DNA from: Candidatus Iainarchaeum sp.
GTDB lineage: Archaea; Iainarchaeota; Iainarchaeia; Iainarchaeales; CSSED10-239
Length of the DNA stretch: 32,000 nucleotides
Assembly: GCA_037441475.1 (NCBI GenBank)
Contig: JBBISB010000001.1
Span: 426,418 to 458,417, forward strand
Direction: 5' to 3'
Shown here: positions 9,826 to 19,515 of the stretch, one piece after another
How the letters are laid out: the number at the start of each line of letters is the position of its first letter
Position numbering within the stretch: position 1 is the stretch's first letter
The notes under the pieces: generated by a model
Database searches by the model: none
What the model was told of the DNA's origin: nothing
What the model saw: only the letters and a program-made list of their open reading frames with translations
Program-made: the position numbers and the translations under genes

Positions 9826-12270
9826 TCATTGAGTGAAGTCACAAACAATATGTGAGTGTTGCCAATTGTTTCCAGAACCAAAATCATAACCCCATAATAA
9901 AACAGATGATGTTTGGTTTATAGGAGGGGGATTTTGATTTGGCATCAATAAATATCCACCGCTGTATCTTGTAAATGCAGTATTTGAAGATAATTCCCTT
10001 GAAACAAAAGTACCCCCGTGGCTTTCACAAAACAAATCTTCAGAATTATTTGAAGAATTTGATGAAAATATATTACCATCTATCTTTGGATTTGTAAAAG
10101 TAATGTTGTTTGGATTTTCAAAATTTCCTGTACAGTCTTCTGAAGATAATAAAACATCTCTATTATATGTGTATAGCCCAGTGTGATCAGAAACATATAA
10201 CGGAACCATTTTATTATTACAATAACTAGTTATGTAATAATAGCCAATATATTCATCACTATCTTGGTAACCTGCCTTATATGCCATGATTCTTATTTTT
10301 GAAACTGGAGAAGAAATAACTATAGGGGCAGTGTATAATGTTCCTGTAGTCGAATCAGGATATGCAGCATCATAAGGCGCAGTTGAATCTAAAGTATAAT
10401 AGATTTGAGCCCCAGATGTTATTGTTGAAAGAGAAACTGTTTGTGGTGTTGAATAAGTTCCAGGAGTTACATTTGGTTGAGGAGCATCAACTCTTAAAAA
10501 ATAATTTTGAGACATGATTGAACTCGGAGTGCTTCCTGCCACACATGCAATTGCTCTAAGGTTTGTTGTTGTAGTTATACTTATTGGAGAAGAGTAAACT
10601 GTGCCTGTAGAACATGTCGGGTTAGTTGAATTTGTAGTATACCTTATTTCAGCACCAGGTGTTGTTGTAGTTAATGTTACAGACTGGTTATTATAATAAG
10701 TTCCACCAACAGGGGTTGCAACAGGGGTTGCAATAACAGAAGCAGGTGTGATATTCCAGAAACTATTTTTTTCTAATTGGTTTGCAGAATTTCCTGTTTG
10801 CACTAATTTAAATTTAAACTTATAATTTCCTGTAGTATCACATGAAAAATTATAAGATTTAATTTCAGGAGCTTTGTTTGTTTCTAAAGTAAAAGAGTTG
10901 CCGTTAACACCATTATATTTACAATCGCTTGAAAGCACTTGACCTTTAAATACTTGGACAGTTAAATTAAATCTTAAAGCTGAACTTGAACCTGTAGAGT
11001 CTACTTGTATTGAAAAGTTTTGAGTTGCCACAGCAGATGAATTATTTGGATTTAAATTAAAGGCTATAAAATTCTCTTGATCATCTGTAAAAGAAGCAGT
11101 AAAAGTTTGATTGCTAGTTATTGCCCCATCTGTCCTGCTTGCACTTGTGTTACCATCACTCCACATTGAAAAAACATAACCAGAGTTAGGCACTGCAGTT
11201 ACCTGTGAACCACATCCTCCTTGAGATATATTTTGAGGAGTAATGCCACTAATAGTTCCATTTGCGCCAGCTATATAAGTTAAAGTATATGTAGGTGTTG
11301 CTATTGGAACAAAATTTACATGTATTGAATGATTTGAAATAACATTTTCAAAAGTATATGTATTGTTGCCTACTACTAATGGAGGATTATTTGCAGCAAA
11401 ATTTAAAGTGTTTTTTTCATCAACATCTGAAAAGTTTAAAACGTATTTAGCACTATTTTCTTTTGAAGATAAATTTGCAATAATTCCTATTTCTCCACCA
11501 CCTATTGAAACATCATCAATTAAGACAGAACCTACACGATAATTTGGGGCAGGAGAAAATGTAAACGTTTGATTATTTCCATTTGGAACCATTACATTTC
11601 CAGAAGGAGAAATAGTTCCGTTTGGTCCTGCAGATGCATAAATAATATGAGTTATTGGTTGTGATTCAAAAGTTACTTCTATAGTGTGATTCATTAAAAC
11701 ATTACTAAAAGTATAAGTTGAACTTATTGGCGAAACTTCTAAATTGTCAACAACTATTGATGAAATTATATGACCTGGATTTGCAGTAAAGGTATAGGTT
11801 TGATTTCCGCCTGCAATTACTTGTGTTGAACCTAATGGATTAATTGTTCCAGAACCTACTGCAGAAGAAACTATTGTAAAATGAGTTGGCGCAACCCCAC
11901 AACTTGCTAAATTAAATTGACAGTTTGCTTGACAAGTTAAAGAACCAGACGCATAACCTAAACTTTGACAGGTCTTTCCATTAAGGTTTAAACCATCACA
12001 CTGTTCAGGAGGATTGATTTGATCATTACCACATAAGTTAAATGAACCACCACCAACAGTTCCTCCGCCTAAGTTAGGTACTTGTGTTGTTGACCCCATT
12101 TGTTCTGAAGGTATTACTCTAGATAAATCAGAATCAAGATCGGTTACAGTATCTATATTTCTATTAACAGAAGATAGATAATAAGTTGCAAAAATAATTG
12201 CACCTAAAACTACTATCCCTACAATTATAAGCATCTCAATTGAAACTTGAGCTTTATTTTTTGAGTTCAT
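9826..12270 (-). CDS. Class III signal peptide (type IV pilin-like) surface adhesin with InlB-type and chitobiase-C-type beta repeats
   Basis: 814 aa; N-terminus KNKAQVSIEMLIIVGIVVLGAIIFATYYL fits the QxSxExxxL class III motif; then a Cys-rich segment (CGNDQINPPEQCDG...C...C...C), three InlB-like repeats and two CHB_HEX_C-like repeats. Confidence 0.8.
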   Translation of the reverse strand: MNSKNKAQVSIEMLIIVGIVVLGAIIFATYYLSSVNRNIDTVTDLDSDLSRVIPSEQMGSTTQVPNLGGGTVGGGSFNLCGNDQINPPEQCDGLNLNGKTCQSLGYASGSLTCQANCQFNLASCGVAPTHFTIVSSAVGSGTINPLGSTQVIAGGNQTYTFTANPGHIISSIVVDNLEVSPISSTYTFSNVLMNHTIEVTFESQPITHIIYASAGPNGTISPSGNVMVPNGNNQTFTFSPAPNYRVGSVLIDDVSIGGGEIGIIANLSSKENSAKYVLNFSDVDEKNTLNFAANNPPLVVGNNTYTFENVISNHSIHVNFVPIATPTYTLTYIAGANGTISGITPQNISQGGCGSQVTAVPNSGYVFSMWSDGNTSASRTDGAITSNQTFTASFTDDQENFIAFNLNPNNSSAVATQNFSIQVDSTGSSSALRFNLTVQVFKGQVLSSDCKYNGVNGNSFTLETNKAPEIKSYNFSCDTTGNYKFKFKLVQTGNSANQLEKNSFWNITPASVIATPVATPVGGTYYNNQSVTLTTTTPGAEIRYTTNSTNPTCSTGTVYSSPISITTTTNLRAIACVAGSTPSSIMSQNYFLRVDAPQPNVTPGTYSTPQTVSLSTITSGAQIYYTLDSTAPYDAAYPDSTTGTLYTAPIVISSPVSKIRIMAYKAGYQDSDEYIGYYYITSYCNNKMVPLYVSDHTGLYTYNRDVLLSSEDCTGNFENPNNITFTNPKIDGNIFSSNSSNNSEDLFCESHGGTFVSRELSSNTAFTRYSGGYLLMPNQNPPPINQTSSVLLWGYDFGSGNNWQHSHIVCDFTQ
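10231..10716 (-). repeat. Two protein-level CHB_HEX_C-like repeats within the 814-aa adhesin
   Basis: GGTYYNNQSVTLTTTTPGAEIRYTTNSTNPTCSTGTVYSSPISITTTTNLRAIACVAG and TPGTYSTPQTVSLSTITSGAQIYYTLDSTAPYD...LYTAPIVISSPVSKIRIMAYKAG. Confidence 0.7.
11089..11886 (-). repeat. Three InlB B-repeat-like modules within the 814-aa adhesin
   Basis: GSGTINPLGSTQVIAGGNQTYTFTANPGH...; GPNGTISPSGNVMVPNGNNQTFTFSPAPNY...; GANGTISGITPQNISQGGCGSQVTAVPNSGYVFSMWSDG.... Confidence 0.7.
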
Positions 12271-12409
12271 TTTTTAATTACACCTTTTTTATTTTTTTAA
12301 AAACTATTTTTTTACTAAAGCAATTTTTTTAATTTATTTCATTAAAAATAAATTTTTAATTAAAGACTACACCTAATATATTACACTTAATTATTTATAA
12401 ATTTAACTT

Positions 12410-14509
12410 TTATTCTATAGCTGCATTTTGATTACTATGTGCTTGCTCACAAACATCTCTTACACTCTCATATATTCTTATATTCACTTGACGCTCAATT
12501 ATAGTGTCATTATCTGTAATTTCAAGATATATAGGTGTGTTATTAGGTGCACAACCTGTTGACTCTAAACCTATCTCAAGAGGAGTTTTAATGAAAGAAC
12601 ATTCTTGCGAGATAATTATGTTTCCTTCTTTTTTCCACACACAACTAACATCTCCGGAAGGATTAGAATAACTTGCATTGAAATTAATAGTATTAGTTAA
12701 TTTATACCATTTGTTATTTTTTGGAGAGGAAATAAATGCAGTAAATGGAGGTGTTTGACTTTGAAGATAAGCATATACAATAGATCCGCTTCCGCTTAAA
12801 GCACTTACAACAACCCCTGTGTTTTGTAAACCATTATAAGTTAATGAAGTTGTATCCCAAAGAAAGTAAGGTTCATATAATCTTTTTGTAGAATCAAAAG
12901 TACCCCAATCAGGATATCCAAAAATTTCATTATATTCATTTGTATAGAGGTCACTTATATGAACATGCTGACTACTAAGCACAATATGCGGGTTTTGATC
13001 AAGAATATTTTGTTCAAAAACAATACCAGGATGGCTTACGTTATCATCATACATCAACCCATCTTCTTCCCACATAATAGAGTTTGTAGGGTAGTTATCC
13101 TCTATATATTGTTCATCAATATGATAAATTGCAATTCCTCCAAAAACATTTTCGGTCTGTCCAGGAACATTACCACCAAACAACCAAGTATCTTGATTAT
13201 CAGGCGCAGTTGACATAAACCTATTTTCTATAATAAAAAATTCTCTATCACCCATCTTAGTTTCATCTTTTAAAATAAATGCCCCAGAAGAATTTGTATC
13301 TATTGAATGAACTGCATAAACACCAGACATGTTTGCAGTAATTGTTGTAGGAGTTATCCACCCTAAAAAATATCTTGACCATGCATCTAGATTAATTGGT
13401 TTATATAACCTAAAACCAGTGTCTATCATCATGGTTATGTCAACTAAACCCATGCCCTCTTGAAGTCCAGTGTAAGGGTTTATAGCATAAAGATCAGGAA
13501 GGCCTAAGATATGTGCAAATTCATGAACTGTAACTAAGACACCAACTCTACAATCTGGGGGATACCATCCAGAGTTAAAATAATTATCACACATATTTTG
13601 TGGAATTTTTTCAGATATAGTTGCAGTGTTTCCGTAGTATTTTCCTTGAATAGTTACAATATTAAAATCATTAAATATTAAAGTGCTGCTTTTTATATAC
13701 CCAGCACCTGCATCTTGCCTACTATAACCAGCATGAAGAATAACAACACCATCAAGCCTTCCATCATTATCTGAATCATACTGTGTAAAGTCAATAGCAT
13801 TACTACCAGTTCCAAATAAATTAATAGTGTCATTTACAAAAATAAATTTATTTGTTGGAATTGCATAATATGCATATGTGTTTGAAAGAGTTCTCCAATC
13901 ATAGACATCATAAATAATATCTAAAGCACCATAAGATTGTTTAAGATAATAACTTCTAACACTTGTTGCATTACCGTCATAATAATTAGAATCATTAAAC
14001 TGTTCTTCAAAAACATTTCTATCAAGGGTATGAGAGTAGTTATTAAAATCAACTAAAAGAACAGGTATATGATAAGTTCCAGTGGTTGGAGCTGTACCAT
14101 TTGTATTTGGGACAGATGAAGCAGAAGATGTTGATCTATTCTTTTGTAAAGAAGATTTTTTTTTAATATCTTCAATAGTTACTCCTGGAGGATAATCAAT
14201 ACCACCAAAAGATAAAAAAGGTTTACTTAATAGATCAAGAAGGTAAGGATCTTCTAAAAAAACATTTTCTTTTACAGCCTCTGTCACTGGGGGCAAAGAA
14301 ACTTTCTTAGATGTATTTAACTTTTGTAATTCAGATTTATAGTTATCTAAAAAATAAGATGGCTTTATAAAAGAATTATTAAAAGATAAAGAAGTAAAGA
14401 CAGGTTTTTCAAAAGAAGGTTTATAGAGAGAGATGTCTGTTGCATAAATATTTGGTAAGGTAAATAATAAGGCAAATAAAAATATTAAAAACACTTTTCT
14501 TTTAATCAT
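12410..14509 (-). CDS. Secreted M6-family (immune inhibitor A-like) metalloprotease
   Basis: 699 aa; signal peptide MIKRKVFLIFLFALLFTLPNIYA; zinc motif VTVHEFAHILGLPDLY (HEFAH at 13511-13525); LDAWSRYFLGW; FIIENR; ends in a beta-rich tail. Confidence 0.85.
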   Translation of the reverse strand: MIKRKVFLIFLFALLFTLPNIYATDISLYKPSFEKPVFTSLSFNNSFIKPSYFLDNYKSELQKLNTSKKVSLPPVTEAVKENVFLEDPYLLDLLSKPFLSFGGIDYPPGVTIEDIKKKSSLQKNRSTSSASSVPNTNGTAPTTGTYHIPVLLVDFNNYSHTLDRNVFEEQFNDSNYYDGNATSVRSYYLKQSYGALDIIYDVYDWRTLSNTYAYYAIPTNKFIFVNDTINLFGTGSNAIDFTQYDSDNDGRLDGVVILHAGYSRQDAGAGYIKSSTLIFNDFNIVTIQGKYYGNTATISEKIPQNMCDNYFNSGWYPPDCRVGVLVTVHEFAHILGLPDLYAINPYTGLQEGMGLVDITMMIDTGFRLYKPINLDAWSRYFLGWITPTTITANMSGVYAVHSIDTNSSGAFILKDETKMGDREFFIIENRFMSTAPDNQDTWLFGGNVPGQTENVFGGIAIYHIDEQYIEDNYPTNSIMWEEDGLMYDDNVSHPGIVFEQNILDQNPHIVLSSQHVHISDLYTNEYNEIFGYPDWGTFDSTKRLYEPYFLWDTTSLTYNGLQNTGVVVSALSGSGSIVYAYLQSQTPPFTAFISSPKNNKWYKLTNTINFNASYSNPSGDVSCVWKKEGNIIISQECSFIKTPLEIGLESTGCAPNNTPIYLEITDNDTIIERQVNIRIYESVRDVCEQAHSNQNAAIE

Positions 14510-14618
14510 ATCTCTTATATCCCTAAATAATGGTTTATTTTAAAACACACTAATTATTAGTTTTAAATATATATTTTGGATACATTAACTATTTAAAGTT
14601 ATCTAATACACCTAACTT

Positions 14619-16247
14619 CTAAAAAAGAATTTGAAATAAAAAAATATTATCCAGGAAGTGGATTTGGGACATTGTTTTTAAGATAAGGTATGTTGTGTTT
14701 TCTTGTATGTTCCAGATATCTGTAAAATTCCAACCACTAAAAGTACTTTGTAGCTTCATTTGAGAGGTTGTAATTCCTGTGCCAGAACCGCCTGAGGAAG
14801 AAACATCGCTGTTATAATAACTGTTATAAACGCCTGTAAATATACCATTAGAAAACCCATAATCAATATTGTTTATAGAAGAATAACAATTAACAATATT
14901 ACCGTCAATTCCAGGCACATAACCCTGATTTAAAAATCCAGAATTATTACCAACTGAGTAATCATTAATAAAACTTCCAACTGAATAAGAGTTTCTTATA
15001 AGTCCCTTACCCATGTTTACAAACCCACTTGCAAAACCAATTTCGTCTATAACAGATATGTTTAAGGTGCCAGAAAAATAAGACTGATCAATAGTTCCAG
15101 GAGTTACATTATCTCCATTATTTATTACAAAACCACTTAAGTTATTAGTTGCAAAAATATTTCCTTTAAAATAAGAATTAGTTATCTGCCCTAAATTATT
15201 TACATTAAAGCCAGCCACATACTGTCCACCATAAATATTTCCATCAAAAAAAGAATTTGAAATTAAACCATTATTTTGAGTAACAAACCCACTGCCAGTT
15301 ATTCCGCCTGAAATAGTACAACCAAACATATCACAATTTAAGGATGTTTTTAAAAGGACACTTCCTTTTATGTAACTATTATTTATTACCCCGTCATTTA
15401 CAACTGCAAGACCACTAACATTATTCATCCCTATTATGTTTATATCAACTAAACCTAAATTTGAGATCTTGAACCAGAATTTATTTTTGAAAACAAGGCT
15501 ACGCCCTCGTCATAAGGCCTATTAATATAAAGATTATTTAGTGTAAACCCGTTTCCATTTAAGTTGCCTATAAACGGTTCTAAAAAAGAACCAATTGGTT
15601 CAAAACCATTTCCTTGATTATAAGGAGCTATATTTAAGTCAATGTTGTTTTTAAAATAAAATGAAAATTATTATCAAGATAATTTCTAAGATTATTAAAG
15701 TCGTTAGCATTTTCAATAGAAAAAGGATTTTGTAAACTTCCTTCTAAGTAACATTTATTGCCATCATAAATAGATGTAGTTATAGGTAAAAGAAAATAAG
15801 TATTATTATCTAAAACAAACTCAACATTAAACTTATTGCTTGGAATACAAATTAACTCTACTTGGCCACTGCCTTTTGAAGGAACTAAGATATTTGATTT
15901 GTCTAAATCATCTTCATGATACAAATATTTATTAAGATAGTACCCTTCTTGATCAGAGTTGATTTTATAGGAATGATCCTTATATCTGAGGAAGAATGAT
16001 AATTTCTTAATAAAAGAGTGTTATTCATTATTCTTTCAGGCCATATAAAACCTTCAATATCTGATTTTGAACTTATTAAAGAAGGCGCTACTAAAGAATT
16101 ATTAGTAAAGGACTTACCCCAAGAAAATACAATACCAATTATTGCAACCGATACAACCACTAAAATAATTATAGCTATTAATGGAGAAATACCTTTTTCT
16201 TTTTTAAAAAATATATTTATTAAAAAGAGACTACTGCCAGACATCAC
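14619..16247 (-). pseudogene. Type IV pilin-like N-terminus fused to GLUG/beta-helix repeats, interrupted by about three frameshifts
   Basis: Track ORFs 15903-16247 (KKEKGISPLIAIIILVVVSVAIIGIVFSWG), 15634-15924 and 14619-15428 are consecutive pieces of one protein. Rejoined: ...SSSDIRIIPIK/INSDQEGYYLNKYLYHEDDLDKSNI...YLDNNFHFILK/NNIDLNIAPYNQGNGFEPIGSFLEPFIGNLNGNGFTLNNLYINRPYDEGVALFSKINSGSR/ISNLGLVDINIIGMNNVSGLAVVNDG.... Confidence 0.75.
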
Positions 16248-16408
16248 AATACCTTAAAATAATTTAATTATTATAAATTAAGTGTAAGCTAATATATTTA
16301 AACGTATCTAAAATACGAGTTAAAAGTTAGAAATTGATTTTATAAAAATAGATTAACGGGATAAAAAAAACATGTTTTATAAAAAAAATAAAAAAAGACT
16401 TAAAGAAA

Positions 16409-16717
16409 TTACTCTTTAAGTTCAATACCCATTTGGATATCTGATGGAACATCTACTCTGATAACCTTACGTAATATCTTGTCATCAGCCTTAACATCAA
16501 TAATTCTTTTATGTATTCTTAATTGGAATTTTTGATAAGTTTCAGTTCCTCCACCAGAAACACCTCTTCTTGTAGGAACAACTAATTTCTTAGTCTTAAG
16601 AGGTATTATCCCTGAGTGTTTAACACCCGCTTTTTTAGCAACATCTATTAAGTTATTACAAAAGTCAGTGAGTTTTGTGTAATCTTTGCTTGTTAAAACA
16701 ATTCTTGCTGTTTGCAT
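16409..16717 (-). CDS. rpsJ: 30S ribosomal protein S10 (uS10)
   Basis: 102 aa; ARIVLTSKDYTKLTDFCNNLI...KTKKLVVPTRRG...YQKFQLRIHKRIIDV, next to tuf. Confidence 0.93.
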   Translation of the reverse strand: MQTARIVLTSKDYTKLTDFCNNLIDVAKKAGVKHSGIIPLKTKKLVVPTRRGVSGGGTETYQKFQLRIHKRIIDVKADDKILRKVIRVDVPSDIQMGIELKE

Positions 16718-16770
16718 AGCTTCTCAAACTCCCTTCTTATAAAAAAAGAAAAAGTAAATTTTAAAAAAAT

Positions 16771-18048
16771 TTACTTCTTAACCTTCTCCTTTACTTCTAT
16801 AATAACACCAGCAGCAACTGTTTTACCCATGTCTCTGATAGCAAGTCTCCCAAGTTGTGGAAAGTCCTTGAAAGCTTCAGCAACTAATGGTTGTGTTGGT
16901 TTTATTTTTACAATAGCAGCGTCACCTGTTTTTAAGAACTTTGGATTTTCTTCTTTTGTTCCACCTGATTTTGTGTCAAGTGTTCTTACAAGTTCTGTAA
17001 AAGTACAAGAGATTTGAGCTGTGTGTATGTGGAATACTGGAGTGTAACCAACTGTGATTGCTGAAGGGTGGTTTATAACAATTATTTGTGCTGTAAACTC
17101 TTCTGCAATTTTTGGTGGGTTTGACTCGTGACCTATTACAGATCCTCTTCTAATATCCTTAGGACCAATTTTTCTTAAGTTGAAACCAACGTTATCACCA
17201 GGATTTGCTTGTGGTAATTGTTCGTGGTGTTGTTCAATAGATTTAACTTCGGTTAATATACCTTCAGGGTTGATAATGATTTTATCGTTAGGTTTCATTA
17301 CACCAGTAGAAACTTTTCCAACAGGAACTGTTCCAACACCTTTAATGTTGTAAACATCTTGTACAGGAAGTCTTAATGGTTTTCCGGATGCTGATTCTGG
17401 AGCTTTAAAATCATCCATTGCTTCTAAAAGAGTCTGTCCTTTAAACCATGGTAGTTTGTCTGTCTTTTTAACAACATTATCTCCCATCCATGCTGATACA
17501 GGTATTACTTTATACATTTCTTCTTTGTAACCTATACCTTTTAATAATTTTGCAACTTCTTCTTTAACTTCATTGAATCTTGCTTCCTTGTATTCAACTT
17601 CATCCATCTTATTAACAGCAACAATTAATTGGTTGATACCTAATACTTTTGAAAGGTATGAATGTTCTTTTGTTTGAGCCATGATACCTTCTTTAGCACC
17701 AACTAATAAAACAGCAGCATCTGCTTGAGATGTACCTGTAATCATGTTCTTGATATAGTCTTGGTGGCCAGGAGCATCTATAACTGTGAAAAAGTTTTTC
17801 TTAGTATCGAATTTTTTGTAATTAACATCGATAGTAATTCCTCTTTCTCTTTCTTCTTTTAATGTGTCCATCATGTAAGCGAAAGCGAAAGTTCCTTTTC
17901 CTTTTTCTTGAGCGATTGCTTCAAGCTTTCTGTAATCTTGTTCTGATAATGCACCTGCATCGTACATTAATCTTCCAACTAAAGTTGATTTACCTTGATC
18001 AACGTGACCTATGAAAATTGTGTTAATATGTGGTTTTTCACCTGCCAT
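16771..18048 (-). CDS. tuf: Translation elongation factor 1-alpha (aEF1A)
   Basis: 425 aa; GHVDQGKSTLVGRLMYDAG, DAPGHQDYIKNMITGTSQADAAVLLVGA, VNKMD, and EF-1A domains 2 and 3. Confidence 0.97.
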   Translation of the reverse strand: MAGEKPHINTIFIGHVDQGKSTLVGRLMYDAGALSEQDYRKLEAIAQEKGKGTFAFAYMMDTLKEERERGITIDVNYKKFDTKKNFFTVIDAPGHQDYIKNMITGTSQADAAVLLVGAKEGIMAQTKEHSYLSKVLGINQLIVAVNKMDEVEYKEARFNEVKEEVAKLLKGIGYKEEMYKVIPVSAWMGDNVVKKTDKLPWFKGQTLLEAMDDFKAPESASGKPLRLPVQDVYNIKGVGTVPVGKVSTGVMKPNDKIIINPEGILTEVKSIEQHHEQLPQANPGDNVGFNLRKIGPKDIRRGSVIGHESNPPKIAEEFTAQIIVINHPSAITVGYTPVFHIHTAQISCTFTELVRTLDTKSGGTKEENPKFLKTGDAAIVKIKPTQPLVAEAFKDFPQLGRLAIRDMGKTVAAGVIIEVKEKVKK

Positions 18049-18054
18049 ATTTAT

Positions 18055-18060
18055 TCCTCC
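18055..18060 (-). promoter_or_regulatory. Shine-Dalgarno site of tuf
   Basis: Minus strand reads ggagga followed by ataaatATG; near-consensus SD with 6-nt spacing. Confidence 0.7.
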
Positions 18061-18432
18061 GTTATTTGATTCTTATCAATATGTTGTTATATTTTATTTT
18101 TTGATGATATTTTTTTCTGTTTTTGTTATTAAAAACATTTAAATTTTCTTGCTATTAAAACAAGATATTTACAAAACACTTTAAGATGTAAAAAGAGTGC
18201 TTTATAAGTATATATATTAGTTAAACCAAAGTATTTTTAAATAGATATATTAAGGAAAACAAGGTTAAGGCCTTATTAATAAAGGGGAAAGGGTTGTTTT
18301 TTAAATATAAAGTAAGATTACTAATTCTATGTTTCTTATTTACAAATAATTGTAATAAAAACAGCCTTTTTTAAAAAATAAAAAAATATATAAACCAAAA
18401 GTATAATATATATTATTAGAGGGAAAAAGATT

Positions 18433-19497
18433 ATGACAATTGATTTTTCACAAATATTAATTATTATTTTTATATTTCTAATTTTTGGAACACTTATAGT
18501 TGTTGTTAACCTTAGAGCTAAGAAAAAGGAACCAGTCAATAAAGAACAAATGTCCTGGCAAGTAATTGAGACGCTTAACAACAGAAAGAAAGAGCTTTTA
18601 GAACAAAAAAAAGAACTCTCATATAAATATACCGCTAAGAGTGTAGATGAAAACCTTTACTCAAAAACATTAAAGTACATTAATGAGGAACTTACAAAGA
18701 TCGATGGAAAAATAAATGAAGAAGTTTCAAAGCTTACAACCATCCAGAAAAAAGATAACCCTGAAGAAGAATTAAGGTTTAAAAACCTAAAGATAAAGGG
18801 AGATTTAAATGAAGTGTCTGTTGAAAATATCACCTTAAAGGAAAGAATAACTGAACTTGAAGACTTTATTAAAAACATCTCTAAACAAAATGAAGCAAAG
18901 GCCTCTGAAGAAGATATTAACAAAATAAAATATTATGAAATTATTATTAATAAATATAAAGATGTTATTAACGAGAATGAAAGAAAAACAATCTCTCAAC
19001 TAAAAGACATGGTTAGACCTAATGACCTTACTATTAAAAGTGTTGTTTCTAAGTTTACACCAATAGCTTATGACTATAATAAAGATTATACAAACACCTT
19101 AAGAAAAGTTTATAATTATTTAAGAACAGAGATTGATGTTGTTAAAAACGATTTAAAAATAATTTTCTGGATGGACTTTTCCAAGATCATAAGAGATAAG
19201 GTGTGTGATGAACAAACAATATCAGTTATTCTTTGTTCAGCAATGCAGGGTATGCAAGATAGTATGGCAAGCATAGAAGTGGTTCTTCTAGAAGACGATA
19301 AAGTGCATTCTTTTGTAACCACTAAGATTAAAGAAACACACTACATACTTGATATTGTTCAAAATCTTCCTTTTGATACCTATAAGGGGACAGACATAGG
19401 TAAACTTTATGAAGAATACAGGTTTAATGATAGGAAAATAGTTAAAAAAATTTATTCTTACAACCACTTAGATTATACTGATTATAGTAATGAATAA
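18433..19497 (+). CDS. Membrane-anchored coiled-coil protein with putative transglutaminase-like C-terminal domain
   Basis: 354 aa; N-terminal TM (FSQILIIIFIFLIFGTLIVVVNL), long Lys/Glu-rich coiled coil, then LRKVYNYLRTEID...KVCDEQTISVILCSAMQGM...KVHSFVTTKIKETHYILDI, fitting a Cys-His-Asp order. Confidence 0.55.
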   Translation: MTIDFSQILIIIFIFLIFGTLIVVVNLRAKKKEPVNKEQMSWQVIETLNNRKKELLEQKKELSYKYTAKSVDENLYSKTLKYINEELTKIDGKINEEVSKLTTIQKKDNPEEELRFKNLKIKGDLNEVSVENITLKERITELEDFIKNISKQNEAKASEEDINKIKYYEIIINKYKDVINENERKTISQLKDMVRPNDLTIKSVVSKFTPIAYDYNKDYTNTLRKVYNYLRTEIDVVKNDLKIIFWMDFSKIIRDKVCDEQTISVILCSAMQGMQDSMASIEVVLLEDDKVHSFVTTKIKETHYILDIVQNLPFDTYKGTDIGKLYEEYRFNDRKIVKKIYSYNHLDYTDYSNE

Positions 19498-19515
19498 TTT
19501 TTAATTTAAGATTTT

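Noticed and set aside
16712-17017. 101-aa plus-strand ORF
   Set aside because: Antisense to the tuf 3' end; composition reflects the EF-1A coding strand.
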